Origin: Pyrinomonadaceae bacterium
GTDB lineage: Bacteria > Acidobacteriota > Blastocatellia > Pyrinomonadales > Pyrinomonadaceae
Length of the DNA: 64,000 bases
Assembly (NCBI GenBank): GCA_965247235.1
Contig: OZ252004.1
Span: 4,132,883-4,196,882, forward strand
Reading direction: 5' to 3'
A model generated the notes under the pieces. It was not told the DNA's origin. It searched no databases and worked only from the letters and a program-made list of their open reading frames with translations. The position numbers and the translations under genes were made by a program. Positions 17,763 to 26,874 of this stretch are shown here, one piece after another. The first letter of the stretch is position 1, and the number at the start of each line of letters is the position of its first letter.

Positions 17763-18561
17763 ATTTTACATTTTAATGTCATTGATTTTTATTTGCGAAC
17801 TAGCACATTTTAGTTCTGCTCAATCTAAAGATGAGAATTTTTCACGGATGAATTTTTCCATTAAAACGCCAAAAAATGCTTTTCTTATGTCGGAGCCTTT
17901 TTCGGTGATTTCAAAAATAGAAAACTATACAGGTGTTGCTGCCAAACGTCCCGTTTACTGCAATTTCAGCGCAGGAAAGATTCATTTTTTCGCTGAAAAT
18001 ACTGATAAAAAGGTATTTGAAATAACTCGAAGCAAAGGTTATTCAGGATTAAGTGACGGAAATAAAGAAGCAAGACCACTTTTATCAGGTTCTTACATTG
18101 AAACAAATCAGATTATCGAGAATTTTCTGGAAAATTCTTTTTTTACTGCCGGAGAATATCGAGTATGGGCTGAATTAGAAGATGCCGACTACAGCAATCC
18201 TAAACCAAGTAGAGTAATTTCAAATTCCGTTATGATTTTTGTGTCAGAACCAAAAGAAATAAATTACGAAGCATACCTGAAGTATAAGGAATTAATTGAC
18301 CTTGAAAGCAATCTTGGTAAAGGGCTTCTTGATTCTTATTGTAAAATGATGCAGGAATTAGTGGACAAATATGGCGATACTCCGTATGCCGGTCACATCG
18401 CAGATAACCTTGCAAAGTATTATATTGCAATTGGGGAATACGAAAAGGCGAGAAATGCTTATTCAAAAATAAAATCGGACTACCTTTTTAAAGACGTAGT
18501 TGATAAAAGAATTATAGATGTTGAGAAACAACTCGTAAAAGTTTCTGAAACTCCAAAGTAA
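17752..18561 (+). CDS. Secreted hypothetical protein, low GC, C-terminal TPR-like helices
   Basis: Signal peptide MKNIFYILMSLIFICELAHFSSAQ. Confidence 0.5.
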   Translation: MKNIFYILMSLIFICELAHFSSAQSKDENFSRMNFSIKTPKNAFLMSEPFSVISKIENYTGVAAKRPVYCNFSAGKIHFFAENTDKKVFEITRSKGYSGLSDGNKEARPLLSGSYIETNQIIENFLENSFFTAGEYRVWAELEDADYSNPKPSRVISNSVMIFVSEPKEINYEAYLKYKELIDLESNLGKGLLDSYCKMMQELVDKYGDTPYAGHIADNLAKYYIAIGEYEKARNAYSKIKSDYLFKDVVDKRIIDVEKQLVKVSETPK

Positions 18562-18676
18562 AACTCAACGCACATATAGAAACTTCAAAATAACCGCTAA
18601 AAGAGTACTAAAATCTAACAGTAGATTGTCGAAATATGTTACCTGATACTAAAATTCGTGAGCAGAATAGGTAAAT

Positions 18677-18712
18677 TAAAAAAGCCCTGCAATTGATTGC
18701 AGGGCTTTTTTT
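18677..18712. terminator. Bidirectional rho-independent terminator
   Basis: aaaaaagccctgcaattgattgcagggcttttttt. Confidence 0.7.
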
Positions 18713-18728
18713 GACTATCAAAATCCGG

Positions 18729-20774
18729 TTAGGCTTTAAGACCCGAATCTTTCTTTTCGCGTTTGATGCCGCCGATCTGGACGAGATTGTCGCCCTTGAT
18801 CTGGTTTTTCTCTAAAACCATCTGGTTGTAGAGTTTTTTCATCATCTGCATTTCTTCGGCGGCGGTTTTCGGTCCCTCCATTTCGGGTTTGTTCGGACGC
18901 GAAAGGTCAACTTGATTCAAGTTGAGATTGTGCGTCGCATCGCCGAGTGTAACTTCTTTGCCGCGAGCGAAAACTTCGTGGCGACCGTGTTCTTTATACC
19001 ACTGTGCAACCGTCGCGTTCTGGTGCATATGTTCGATGATATTTCTCCAGCCGATTCCCGTATTGTATGCACAAAAAGAAATTTCGCCTTCCTGTGTGCC
19101 GTAGGGAATGATGCACATTTCGGTGCGGCGGAAATCATAGTTGAACAAATCCTGAAACCACATTCCCGCGATAAACAGGAAGTTCCAAGGGTCTTGACGA
19201 CGTTTTTCGATGTCTTCAGCCGTGCGCGTCCCGTCAACTTTGCCGTAATCTTTGCCAGAAAGTCCGAATGATTTATCAAACTTCTTCAAGATTCCGCCGA
19301 GCGTCAAACTCGTCGGTGCGCCATACGGATTATAGTTTTTCAAGAGAGCCAAGCCCATCATTATATTTGAAAACCACTTGCCGCGATTGGTGTCGGTGAT
19401 GTGTTTCATATCCGTGACCAACCCCTGAATGTTGAGAAATTGCGGCACGGGAGCCATTTCTTTGGTTTCTTTGTTGACCATCACGGCAGTTCCGACACCG
19501 CAATTCGGGTGACAGCCGCAGGAAACTTGTCCCCAATCGGCGTTTTCGCCGTGAACCACGTCCGCGAAATCGGCAAACGCGCCCATCAATGAAAGCGGAA
19601 ACCAATCGCGCGTCGGTTCGGTGATGCCGACCTGTTTCTGCACGTCCTGCGCGAGATGCGAAAGCGTATAACGCTGCTGCAATCTGCGCTGTTCGGTGAT
19701 ATGTTCGTCGCGCCCGGTGAAACTCACGGGTTGGAAGGCGATGAATGAAATTTTCTTCGGATTTTCGAGCGCGAAACGAATAATCGTGCCGACCTGATCG
19801 TTATTAACGCCGTTGACGAGCGTCGTCACCAGGATAATATCAACGCCGGCTTCGTGCAGATTGTTGATCGCTCTTAATTTAACGTCGAACAAATTGCCGA
19901 TCTGTCTGTGCGAGTTCGCGTCGTTGCCGATTCCGTCAAACTGTAAATAAACGAAACGCAAACCTGCTTCGGCGGCTTCGCGGCAAAATTCTTTTGATTT
20001 AGCAAATTCGATTCCGTTAGTCGCCGCCTGCACCGAGTTGTAACCGACTTTACGCGCATAACGAACTGCGTCTAAAAAGTAAGGTGAAAGCGTCGGTTCG
20101 CCGCCCGAATACTGAACGGACATCTGACGGCGCGGTTTGATCTGAATCGCGTTGTCGAGAATTTCCGAAACGTCTTCCATCGAAAGTTCGTGAACGAATC
20201 CGACTTGGTTCGCGTCCATAAAACACGGGTCGCACATCATATTGCAGCGGTTGGTTAAATCAACCGTCAAGACCGCGCCGCGTCCGTATTTAATGGAAGA
20301 AGTCCCGTGATTGTGCAGCTTTTCGTCGTTGTGCGAATCCATATCGCGTCCCGGAAAAAGGTCTTCGATGTGTTTGAGAAACTTGGAATCAATCGCCATC
20401 AAATCTTCAAAATGTCCGTGATCGGGACAATCTTTAATCATCCAGATTTGACCGTCGCGTTCGATGATCTGCGCTTTGATTTCGCCGACTTTTTCGTTAA
20501 TCAAGGTCGCAACCTCGCGTTTGCCGCTTAAAATATCTTCACGCGCTTCGATCACGCAGTTCGGGCAAAGGCTGTCGGTCATACGCGGAAAACCGAGCGT
20601 CGGCTTGGATTTTTCCCACGATTTCAAAATCGGTTTATCAGCCCATTTCGGGGTAAATGACGGGGACGGTTTGTATTGATTGACCGAACGAATCGCATTA
20701 AATGCGCCTTTGGCGGCAACGGTCAATCCTTTTTCTACATATCTAATGGGTCTCATAAAATTAGTTTTCTCCAA
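18729..20774 (-). CDS. Large radical SAM enzyme (681 aa) with N-terminal zinc-ribbon/rubredoxin-like Cys cluster and C-terminal auxiliary Cys cluster. Possibly a tetraether-lipid-synthase (Tes)-like protein
   Basis: CxxxCxxC motif (CNMMCDPC). N-terminal CPNC...CPDH. C-terminal CGCHPNC. The Tes assignment is inference. Confidence 0.6.
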   Translation of the reverse strand: MEKTNFMRPIRYVEKGLTVAAKGAFNAIRSVNQYKPSPSFTPKWADKPILKSWEKSKPTLGFPRMTDSLCPNCVIEAREDILSGKREVATLINEKVGEIKAQIIERDGQIWMIKDCPDHGHFEDLMAIDSKFLKHIEDLFPGRDMDSHNDEKLHNHGTSSIKYGRGAVLTVDLTNRCNMMCDPCFMDANQVGFVHELSMEDVSEILDNAIQIKPRRQMSVQYSGGEPTLSPYFLDAVRYARKVGYNSVQAATNGIEFAKSKEFCREAAEAGLRFVYLQFDGIGNDANSHRQIGNLFDVKLRAINNLHEAGVDIILVTTLVNGVNNDQVGTIIRFALENPKKISFIAFQPVSFTGRDEHITEQRRLQQRYTLSHLAQDVQKQVGITEPTRDWFPLSLMGAFADFADVVHGENADWGQVSCGCHPNCGVGTAVMVNKETKEMAPVPQFLNIQGLVTDMKHITDTNRGKWFSNIMMGLALLKNYNPYGAPTSLTLGGILKKFDKSFGLSGKDYGKVDGTRTAEDIEKRRQDPWNFLFIAGMWFQDLFNYDFRRTEMCIIPYGTQEGEISFCAYNTGIGWRNIIEHMHQNATVAQWYKEHGRHEVFARGKEVTLGDATHNLNLNQVDLSRPNKPEMEGPKTAAEEMQMMKKLYNQMVLEKNQIKGDNLVQIGGIKREKKDSGLKA

Positions 20775-21481
20775 CTGAAAGTTCAGTTTGCTTTAGTTAT
20801 TGGCTGTAAATTTTTATTATTGCGCGTGTTTTATGTCGGCAGCGAAATATTACTTAAATAAATATAAAGCAATATCTATGCCTTTCGGTTTTACAGATAA
20901 GTTAAATATAAGTTAAAGATTCTGCTGTGTTTGCAGGGAACAGTCAAAAATATTATTTATTAGCTGCGAGTTGTAAAATGACACACTTAAATCGAATTGA
21001 TTATATGTGGGTAAAAAAGCTACACATTTTTTTAATTCTCAGGGTGTTGCTGTTTGCTGAAATTAAAAAATCTTAATCACTATTTAAACGATGGCTTAAA
21101 AATATCCACAGGTGTGGAAATGGCAAGTGGAAATTTTAAGAGAAAAATGTTCTAATTTTTGCAGTCGCATTTGTTTTACTGATTAATAAAGCTATTGTGA
21201 TTTGGTGAATAAAAAGTTCACCATCCGTTCACTTTTAAGCACTATACTTAACCTTTACTTGAAGCCGAAACGTCAAACTGTTGTGAATAGAAGGCTTATT
21301 GGTAAGTAAAAAGGTCTTTACAATGAAAAAATGTTGTGTTAAATTTTCTCTACTTTAAGAAAGGGTTGAAAATAGTCCAATAAATAATTACCTGCTTTAT
21401 TTCTCAGGATATATTTTAATCTTTCGCCCCAGACAAAGACAATTTTTGATTTTAGTTTTTTGTTCTACATTATTTTGAACT

Positions 21482-22870
21482 ATGCCAATACGCTTTGGAA
21501 CTTCAGGTTGGAGAGCAATCATTGCCGAGGAGTTTACCTACGAAAAAGTTCGTCTGGTAATCACGGCAGTTATCGGTTATTTGAAAGAAAATTCGGCAGA
21601 AAACAGGACGATTATCGTCGGACACGATTCGCGCTTTATGGGGGAAAATTTTGCTCGTGTTGCGGCGGAAATGTTTGAGAAGAAAGGTTTTCGCGTTTTG
21701 CTCTGCAACCACCCAACACCGACACCGACGATCTCATTTGCAATTCGTGATGAAAAAGCGGCGGGCGGCATAAATTTCACGGCATCGCATAATCCGCCGG
21801 AATATCAGGGAATTAAATTCTCGACGGCTGACGGCGCACCGGCTTTGCCGGAGATTACGAAACAGATCGAGCATTTGATTGAAAATCCGCCGACGATTGA
21901 AGATGCCGACGGCGGTTCGATTGAGCAGTATGATGCGAGCGCGGCTTATCTGGCAGATTTGAAAACAAAAATTCGCTTTGACGTGATCGCCGCCGCGAAA
22001 GGGAAATACGCTTACGATCCGTTATGGGGAACGGGACGCGGATATTTGAATAAAGCCTTGAAAGACAGCGGTTTGCAAGTCGAAACGATTCACGACTGGC
22101 GCGACGTAACTTTCGGCGGACAAGCACCCGAACCCGGCGCGGAACATCTCGACGAACTCCGAAAAGCCGTGACGGAAAAAGGTTTGACATTAGGCTTGGC
22201 AACCGACGGCGACGGCGACCGGTTCGGTGTGATTGACAGCAACGGCGAATTTATCGAACCGAACCAATTGATTGCGGTTTTGGCAGATTATTTGGCTGAA
22301 TCACGCGGCTGGACGGAAGGACTCGCCCGCAGCGTCGCTACTTCGCACCTGATTGACAGGGTTGCCGAAAGTCGCGGGTTGAAATTATACGAAACGCCGG
22401 TCGGTTTTAAGTATATCGGCGAATTGATAAATAAAGACGAGATTATTTTGGGCGGTGAAGAATCCGCCGGTCTCTCGATTAAAGGACATTTTCCCGAAAA
22501 AGACGGAATTCTTGCCTGTTTGCTTGCTGCCGAAGCGGTCGCGGCACGCGGAAAAAGTCTGACCGAACAGTTAAATGAAATTTACGAGCGCGTCGGCAAA
22601 CTCGAATCAGGACGCATCGGCGTTAAATTAACCGATGAAGTCGCCGGAAAATTAAAGGAAAAACTCGCGCAGCAACCGACCGAAATCGGCGGGAAAAAGA
22701 TTGAAAAGATTGATCGAACGGACGGCGTGAAATTTATATTTGCCGATCAAAGCTGGATGCTTTTGCGTCCTTCGGGAACCGAACCGATGGTCAGAATCTA
22801 CGCCGAGAGCGAAAATAAAGAAGATTTGGAGGTGCTGCTTGAACAAGGTCGCCACTACTTACTGGGATAA
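21482..22870 (+). CDS. Phosphoglucomutase/phosphomannomutase family protein
   Basis: Active-site TASHNPPEY, metal loop DGDGDR, sugar-binding GGEESAG. 462 aa. Confidence 0.85.
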   Translation: MPIRFGTSGWRAIIAEEFTYEKVRLVITAVIGYLKENSAENRTIIVGHDSRFMGENFARVAAEMFEKKGFRVLLCNHPTPTPTISFAIRDEKAAGGINFTASHNPPEYQGIKFSTADGAPALPEITKQIEHLIENPPTIEDADGGSIEQYDASAAYLADLKTKIRFDVIAAAKGKYAYDPLWGTGRGYLNKALKDSGLQVETIHDWRDVTFGGQAPEPGAEHLDELRKAVTEKGLTLGLATDGDGDRFGVIDSNGEFIEPNQLIAVLADYLAESRGWTEGLARSVATSHLIDRVAESRGLKLYETPVGFKYIGELINKDEIILGGEESAGLSIKGHFPEKDGILACLLAAEAVAARGKSLTEQLNEIYERVGKLESGRIGVKLTDEVAGKLKEKLAQQPTEIGGKKIEKIDRTDGVKFIFADQSWMLLRPSGTEPMVRIYAESENKEDLEVLLEQGRHYLLG

Positions 22871-22934
22871 TTCACAAACATTCTGGAAAAAATCACCGGC
22901 ACGGTCGGTGACTGAAACCAACCGACGAAATGCG

Positions 22935-23201
22935 ATGAAAAATAAAACTAAAACTGCGACACCGCAATGGTTTATTTTCGCGGTCATCGCCTCGATAACA
23001 TTTATGCTTTGCCTGACAATTAACTTCCGCGCATTTACCGAAGTTAATCAGGAAATGAGTCAAAACGCTACATTAATGACTCAGGTTGACAATTTATCGG
23101 CTGGAAATCTTTCTTTACAGGAAGAATTACACAGCCTCAAGAACGATTCCGGCGCAATCAAGCGCGAAGCCCGAAAAATCGGCGTGATGTCGTTCAAATA
23201 A
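22935..23201 (+). CDS. Septum formation initiator (FtsB/DivIC-like)
   Basis: Single TM plus coiled coil ending ..IKREARKIGVM. The longer ORF-track start is unlikely. Confidence 0.55.
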   Translation: MKNKTKTATPQWFIFAVIASITFMLCLTINFRAFTEVNQEMSQNATLMTQVDNLSAGNLSLQEELHSLKNDSGAIKREARKIGVMSFK

Positions 23202-23505
23202 AAAGTTCTCGTGTCGGCGAACCGAACAAAAGCGGACAGTTTGTCCGTCGGCACAGATTAGCCTGCCAATACAAAAACCGCCTTTTGCCTATCCGATCCG
23301 CATTGCCTACAGTTGAGCCTTCCGCCAAAATTCGCGGCTGACTTTTCCCGAAAGTCAGCCGCACTTCCTTTTTTAAATCGTGAGTGTTTTTGAATGGTGG
23401 ATTCAGAATTCAAGATTCAAGATTCATAAATCTAAAATTTTTATCTTTCATTTACCACTCACTCAAAGAAGACATTTACCGTTAAAACCATTTACAATTA
23501 AATTA

Positions 23506-24411
23506 ATGAACGATTACCGGCTTTATTATTCGCCGTATTACTATGCGGAAATCGGTGAAAATCATATTTTTCCGATTCGGAAATTTGAATTGGTGCGCGA
23601 TAAACTGTTGGCGGAAGGAACTATACGCGCTGACGAAATCATCGAACCGCAATATGCGGAGGTGGCAGATTTGCTGCTCGTGCATACCGTAGATTACATC
23701 ACGCGGCTGCGAAACGGGACTTTGACGGCGAAGGAAATCCGCCGGCTCGGTCTGCCTTGGTCGGAGAGTTTGGTGCGGCGTTCGTTTCTGGCAATTTCGG
23801 GAACGATCAAAGCCGCGCGAAGTGCGCTCAACACCGGAACTTCGTCAAACTTAGCGGGCGGCACACATCATTCGTTTCCTGATCGCGGCGAAGGTTTCTG
23901 CGTCTTAAATGATGTCGCGGTGGCGATTAGAGTTTTGCAACGTGAGAAACTCGCCGAAAGATTTTTGATCGTTGACTGCGACGTGCATCAGGGCAACGGC
24001 ACGGCGTTTATATTTCAGGACGATGCGAGTGTCTTTACTTTTTCGATGCACGGCGCGAAAAATTATCCGCTTTTTAAGGAAAATTCGACGCTCGATCTCG
24101 AACTCGCCGATCAAACCGGCGATGCCGAATATCTCGAAACGCTCGAACAGGCTCTGCCGCGCGTTTTCTTTCATCAACCGGACATCGTTTTTTATCTCGG
24201 CGGCGCAGACCCGTTTGAAAAAGACAAACTCGGACGGCTCGCGCTGACGATTGAAGGTTTGCGAAAGCGCGACGAGATGGTTTTAAATTATGCCAAATCG
24301 CAAAATGTGCCGATTGTGACGACGATGAGCGGCGGTTACGGCGCGGACATCAACGATACGGTCGAAATTCACGCGAACACGATTCGTTCCGTCAAAAAAG
24401 TTTTCGGTTAA
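23506..24411 (+). CDS. Histone deacetylase-family (AcuC/HDAC-like) amidohydrolase
   Basis: HDAC-fold motifs (GGTHHSFPDRGEGFCVLNDVAVA, DCDVHQGNGT, YLGGADPFEKD). Confidence 0.8.
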   Translation: MNDYRLYYSPYYYAEIGENHIFPIRKFELVRDKLLAEGTIRADEIIEPQYAEVADLLLVHTVDYITRLRNGTLTAKEIRRLGLPWSESLVRRSFLAISGTIKAARSALNTGTSSNLAGGTHHSFPDRGEGFCVLNDVAVAIRVLQREKLAERFLIVDCDVHQGNGTAFIFQDDASVFTFSMHGAKNYPLFKENSTLDLELADQTGDAEYLETLEQALPRVFFHQPDIVFYLGGADPFEKDKLGRLALTIEGLRKRDEMVLNYAKSQNVPIVTTMSGGYGADINDTVEIHANTIRSVKKVFG

Positions 24412-24557
24412 AATAAATGACAGGAAACGATTGCCGCAAAAAGGCGCAGAAGACGCAAAAAAAGATGGAAAAATCAATTCGTTTTAGTGTATTGATAAAA
24501 TTTTGCAGTAAAAATTTAATCTTTTCAGCACATTTGAAGTTCAATTAAAATAAAAAA

Positions 24558-26168
24558 ATGTCCGCCAACGCCGATGCGCTTGATGCGCCAAAGACAATTA
24601 AATCATCTCGTCGGATTAATCCGATCTTGGTGATCGTAATTCTGACGATTGCGACGTTTATGGAAGTGCTGGACACTTCGATTGCGAACGTCGCGTTGTC
24701 GCATATCGCCGGAAATTTGTCAGCCGGACAGGACGAAGCGTCTTGGGTTTTGACTTCGTATCTGGTAGCGAACGCGATCATTTTGCCGATTTCCGGCTGG
24801 CTGGCGACGTTTTTCGGGCGCAAGCGTTTTTATATGGCGTGCGTCGCTTTGTTCGTCGTCAGTTCGTTTTTGTGCGGCGCGGCGACAAATCTGGGAATGC
24901 TGATTTTCTTTCGCATTTTGCAGGGTTTGGGCGGCGGCGGACTCGCGCCTTCGGAACAGTCAATTATCGCCGACACCGTGCCGCCGGAAAAACGCGGCAT
25001 TGCCTTTGCAATCTATGGTTTGGGCGTAGTTTTCGCGCCCGCCATCGGTCCGACGGTCGGCGGCTGGATTACGGATAATTATTCGTGGCACTGGATATTT
25101 TTTATCAACGTGCCGGTCGGCATTCTCTCGCTTTTTCTGACTTGGTATTACGTTCACGAACCGAAAAGCACGGCGATTGAACAGGCGCGAATGAAAAAAG
25201 AAGGTTTCAAAGTTGATTGGATCGGCATCGCGCTGATCGCGGTCGGCATCGGTGCGCTCGAACTCGTGCTGGACGAAGGCAACCGCGAAGATTGGTTTCA
25301 ATCGGCGTTTATCATCAAGGCGGCAATCGTCGGTTCGGTTGCGCTGATTGTCGGCGTGACGTGGGAATTTTACCAGAAAGACCCGGCGGTTGATGTGCGA
25401 ATGTTATTGAATCGCAATTTTGCGAGTTCGTTTATATTACTGTTTGCCGTCGGTTTTATTTTGTTCGGTTCGACATTTCTGCTGCCGCTGATGACGCAGA
25501 GTTTGCTCGGTTATACGGCGGTTGACGCGGGACTCGTGATTTCTCCCGGCGGATTTGTCGTGATGCTGATGATGCCGCTGGTCGGCGGCGTTTTGATCTC
25601 TCGTGTGCAGGTGCGCTGGCTGATTTTGTTCGGTTTGATCGTTTCCGCATCCGCGCTTTTTTACCTGACGACCTTTAATTTACAGGTTGATTATTATCAT
25701 CTCGCGCTCGCACGATGTTTTCAGGCGTTCGGTCTGGCGTTTCTGTTCGTGCCGATCAACACGGCTTCATACACGGGCGTTCCGGCGGGAAAAACCAACA
25801 ATGTTTCCGCATTGATGAATCTTTCGCGCAACTTGGGCGGCAGTTTCGGAATTGCGATTCTAACGACTCTGCTCGCGCGTCGTTCGCAGTTTCACATCAA
25901 TTCGCTCGGCTATTATACCAACGATTATAACCCGAATTTCGTCCAATGGATGAACCGCGCAACTCAAACTTTGCAGCAAAACGGCGCGACTGCGATTGAT
26001 GCGGCACAGCAGGCAAGAGGTATAATATGGGGACAGGTTTTGCGTCAGTCGGCGATGCTTTCGTTTATTGATGCGTTTTATTTTCTAATGATACTCGTCA
26101 TCTGCGCGATGCCGCTCGTTTTTCTGCTCAAGAAAAACAATCCCGGCGGAAGTCCGGGCGGACACTAA
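24558..26168 (+). CDS. MFS drug:H+ antiporter, DHA2 (EmrB/QacA) family, 14 TM
   Basis: 536 aa. DHA2 signature near TM1 (LDTSIANVALSHIAG), motif GFVVMLMMPLVGG. Confidence 0.85.
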   Translation: MSANADALDAPKTIKSSRRINPILVIVILTIATFMEVLDTSIANVALSHIAGNLSAGQDEASWVLTSYLVANAIILPISGWLATFFGRKRFYMACVALFVVSSFLCGAATNLGMLIFFRILQGLGGGGLAPSEQSIIADTVPPEKRGIAFAIYGLGVVFAPAIGPTVGGWITDNYSWHWIFFINVPVGILSLFLTWYYVHEPKSTAIEQARMKKEGFKVDWIGIALIAVGIGALELVLDEGNREDWFQSAFIIKAAIVGSVALIVGVTWEFYQKDPAVDVRMLLNRNFASSFILLFAVGFILFGSTFLLPLMTQSLLGYTAVDAGLVISPGGFVVMLMMPLVGGVLISRVQVRWLILFGLIVSASALFYLTTFNLQVDYYHLALARCFQAFGLAFLFVPINTASYTGVPAGKTNNVSALMNLSRNLGGSFGIAILTTLLARRSQFHINSLGYYTNDYNPNFVQWMNRATQTLQQNGATAIDAAQQARGIIWGQVLRQSAMLSFIDAFYFLMILVICAMPLVFLLKKNNPGGSPGGH

Positions 26169-26172
26169 GATT

Positions 26173-26310
26173 AGTGGTGAGCGGTGAGTGGTGAGTGGAA
26201 GATTAAATTTGTGGTGAATGGTAAATATCAAACGATGAATGAAATCTGAAATCTGAAATCTGGAATGAGAAATTTTCCACTCACCACTCACCACTCACCG
26301 CTCACCACTA
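26173..26310. repeat. Palindromic element, family F (GTGAGTGGTGAG arms) with 3x AAATCTG in the loop. Its right arm encodes the last residues of the DUF1795 gene
   Basis: agtggtgagcggtgagtggtgagtgga is matched by tccactcaccactcaccactcaccgctcaccact. Confidence 0.7.
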
Positions 26311-26726
26311 ACAAAGAAGTTTTCGACGACTTTGCGGAATGCCTGAATGTGTTTGTTAAAATCTTCGACGGTTGCCGTGCCGGTGATGGCGTAGATGTTT
26401 TGGTTGGAGAGGACGAAGGTTTGAACCTGCTGTAAAAATCCGGCTTCGGTTTGAAAACGGTGAAGCTGCCGGCTCGACGGATAACCGTTGAGCGTGTCAT
26501 TGGCGCGGTCGAGCAGTTCAAAATTCGGCAGGGATTCACGCAGCATTTCGAGTTGTTCGCCGACAAAATCTTCGAGACTTTCGTTAGGTTTAACCGGATG
26601 CCGCGTGATGACAATATTAGCGGCAAAATGAATAGCCTCGTCAAATGGCGCAATTAAAGTCAGCATCGTGCGGTCTTCCCAACTTGCGGGAATTACGGTG
26701 GAAATTTCATTATGTTGCAGTTTCAT
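26295..26726 (-). CDS. DUF1795 (EagR/DcrB-like) family protein
   Basis: 143 aa. Pattern IPASWEDRTML.LIAP...NIVITRHPV..NESLEDFVGEQLEML...LPNFELL is consistent with the DUF1795 fold family, assigned from memory. Confidence 0.5.
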   Translation of the reverse strand: MKLQHNEISTVIPASWEDRTMLTLIAPFDEAIHFAANIVITRHPVKPNESLEDFVGEQLEMLRESLPNFELLDRANDTLNGYPSSRQLHRFQTEAGFLQQVQTFVLSNQNIYAITGTATVEDFNKHIQAFRKVVENFFVSGER

Positions 26727-26874
26727 CGTTTGATAATATTTGTTTTGAATTAGCCGAAATAATCGCTGAATAGCTACACAAAAGGCGCGAAAGGCACAAA
26801 AATTATTTACATCGTGAATCTTTTTTGTGTCTTCCGCGCCTTTTAATAAGTTGAAAATCTCATTCGACCGTCAA

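Noticed and set aside
17459-17782. ORF-track 107-aa minus-strand ORF
   Set aside because: Its listed frame gives Arg-rich nonsense. A different frame of the same DNA is the recognisable EamA remnant, and it is called a pseudogene instead.
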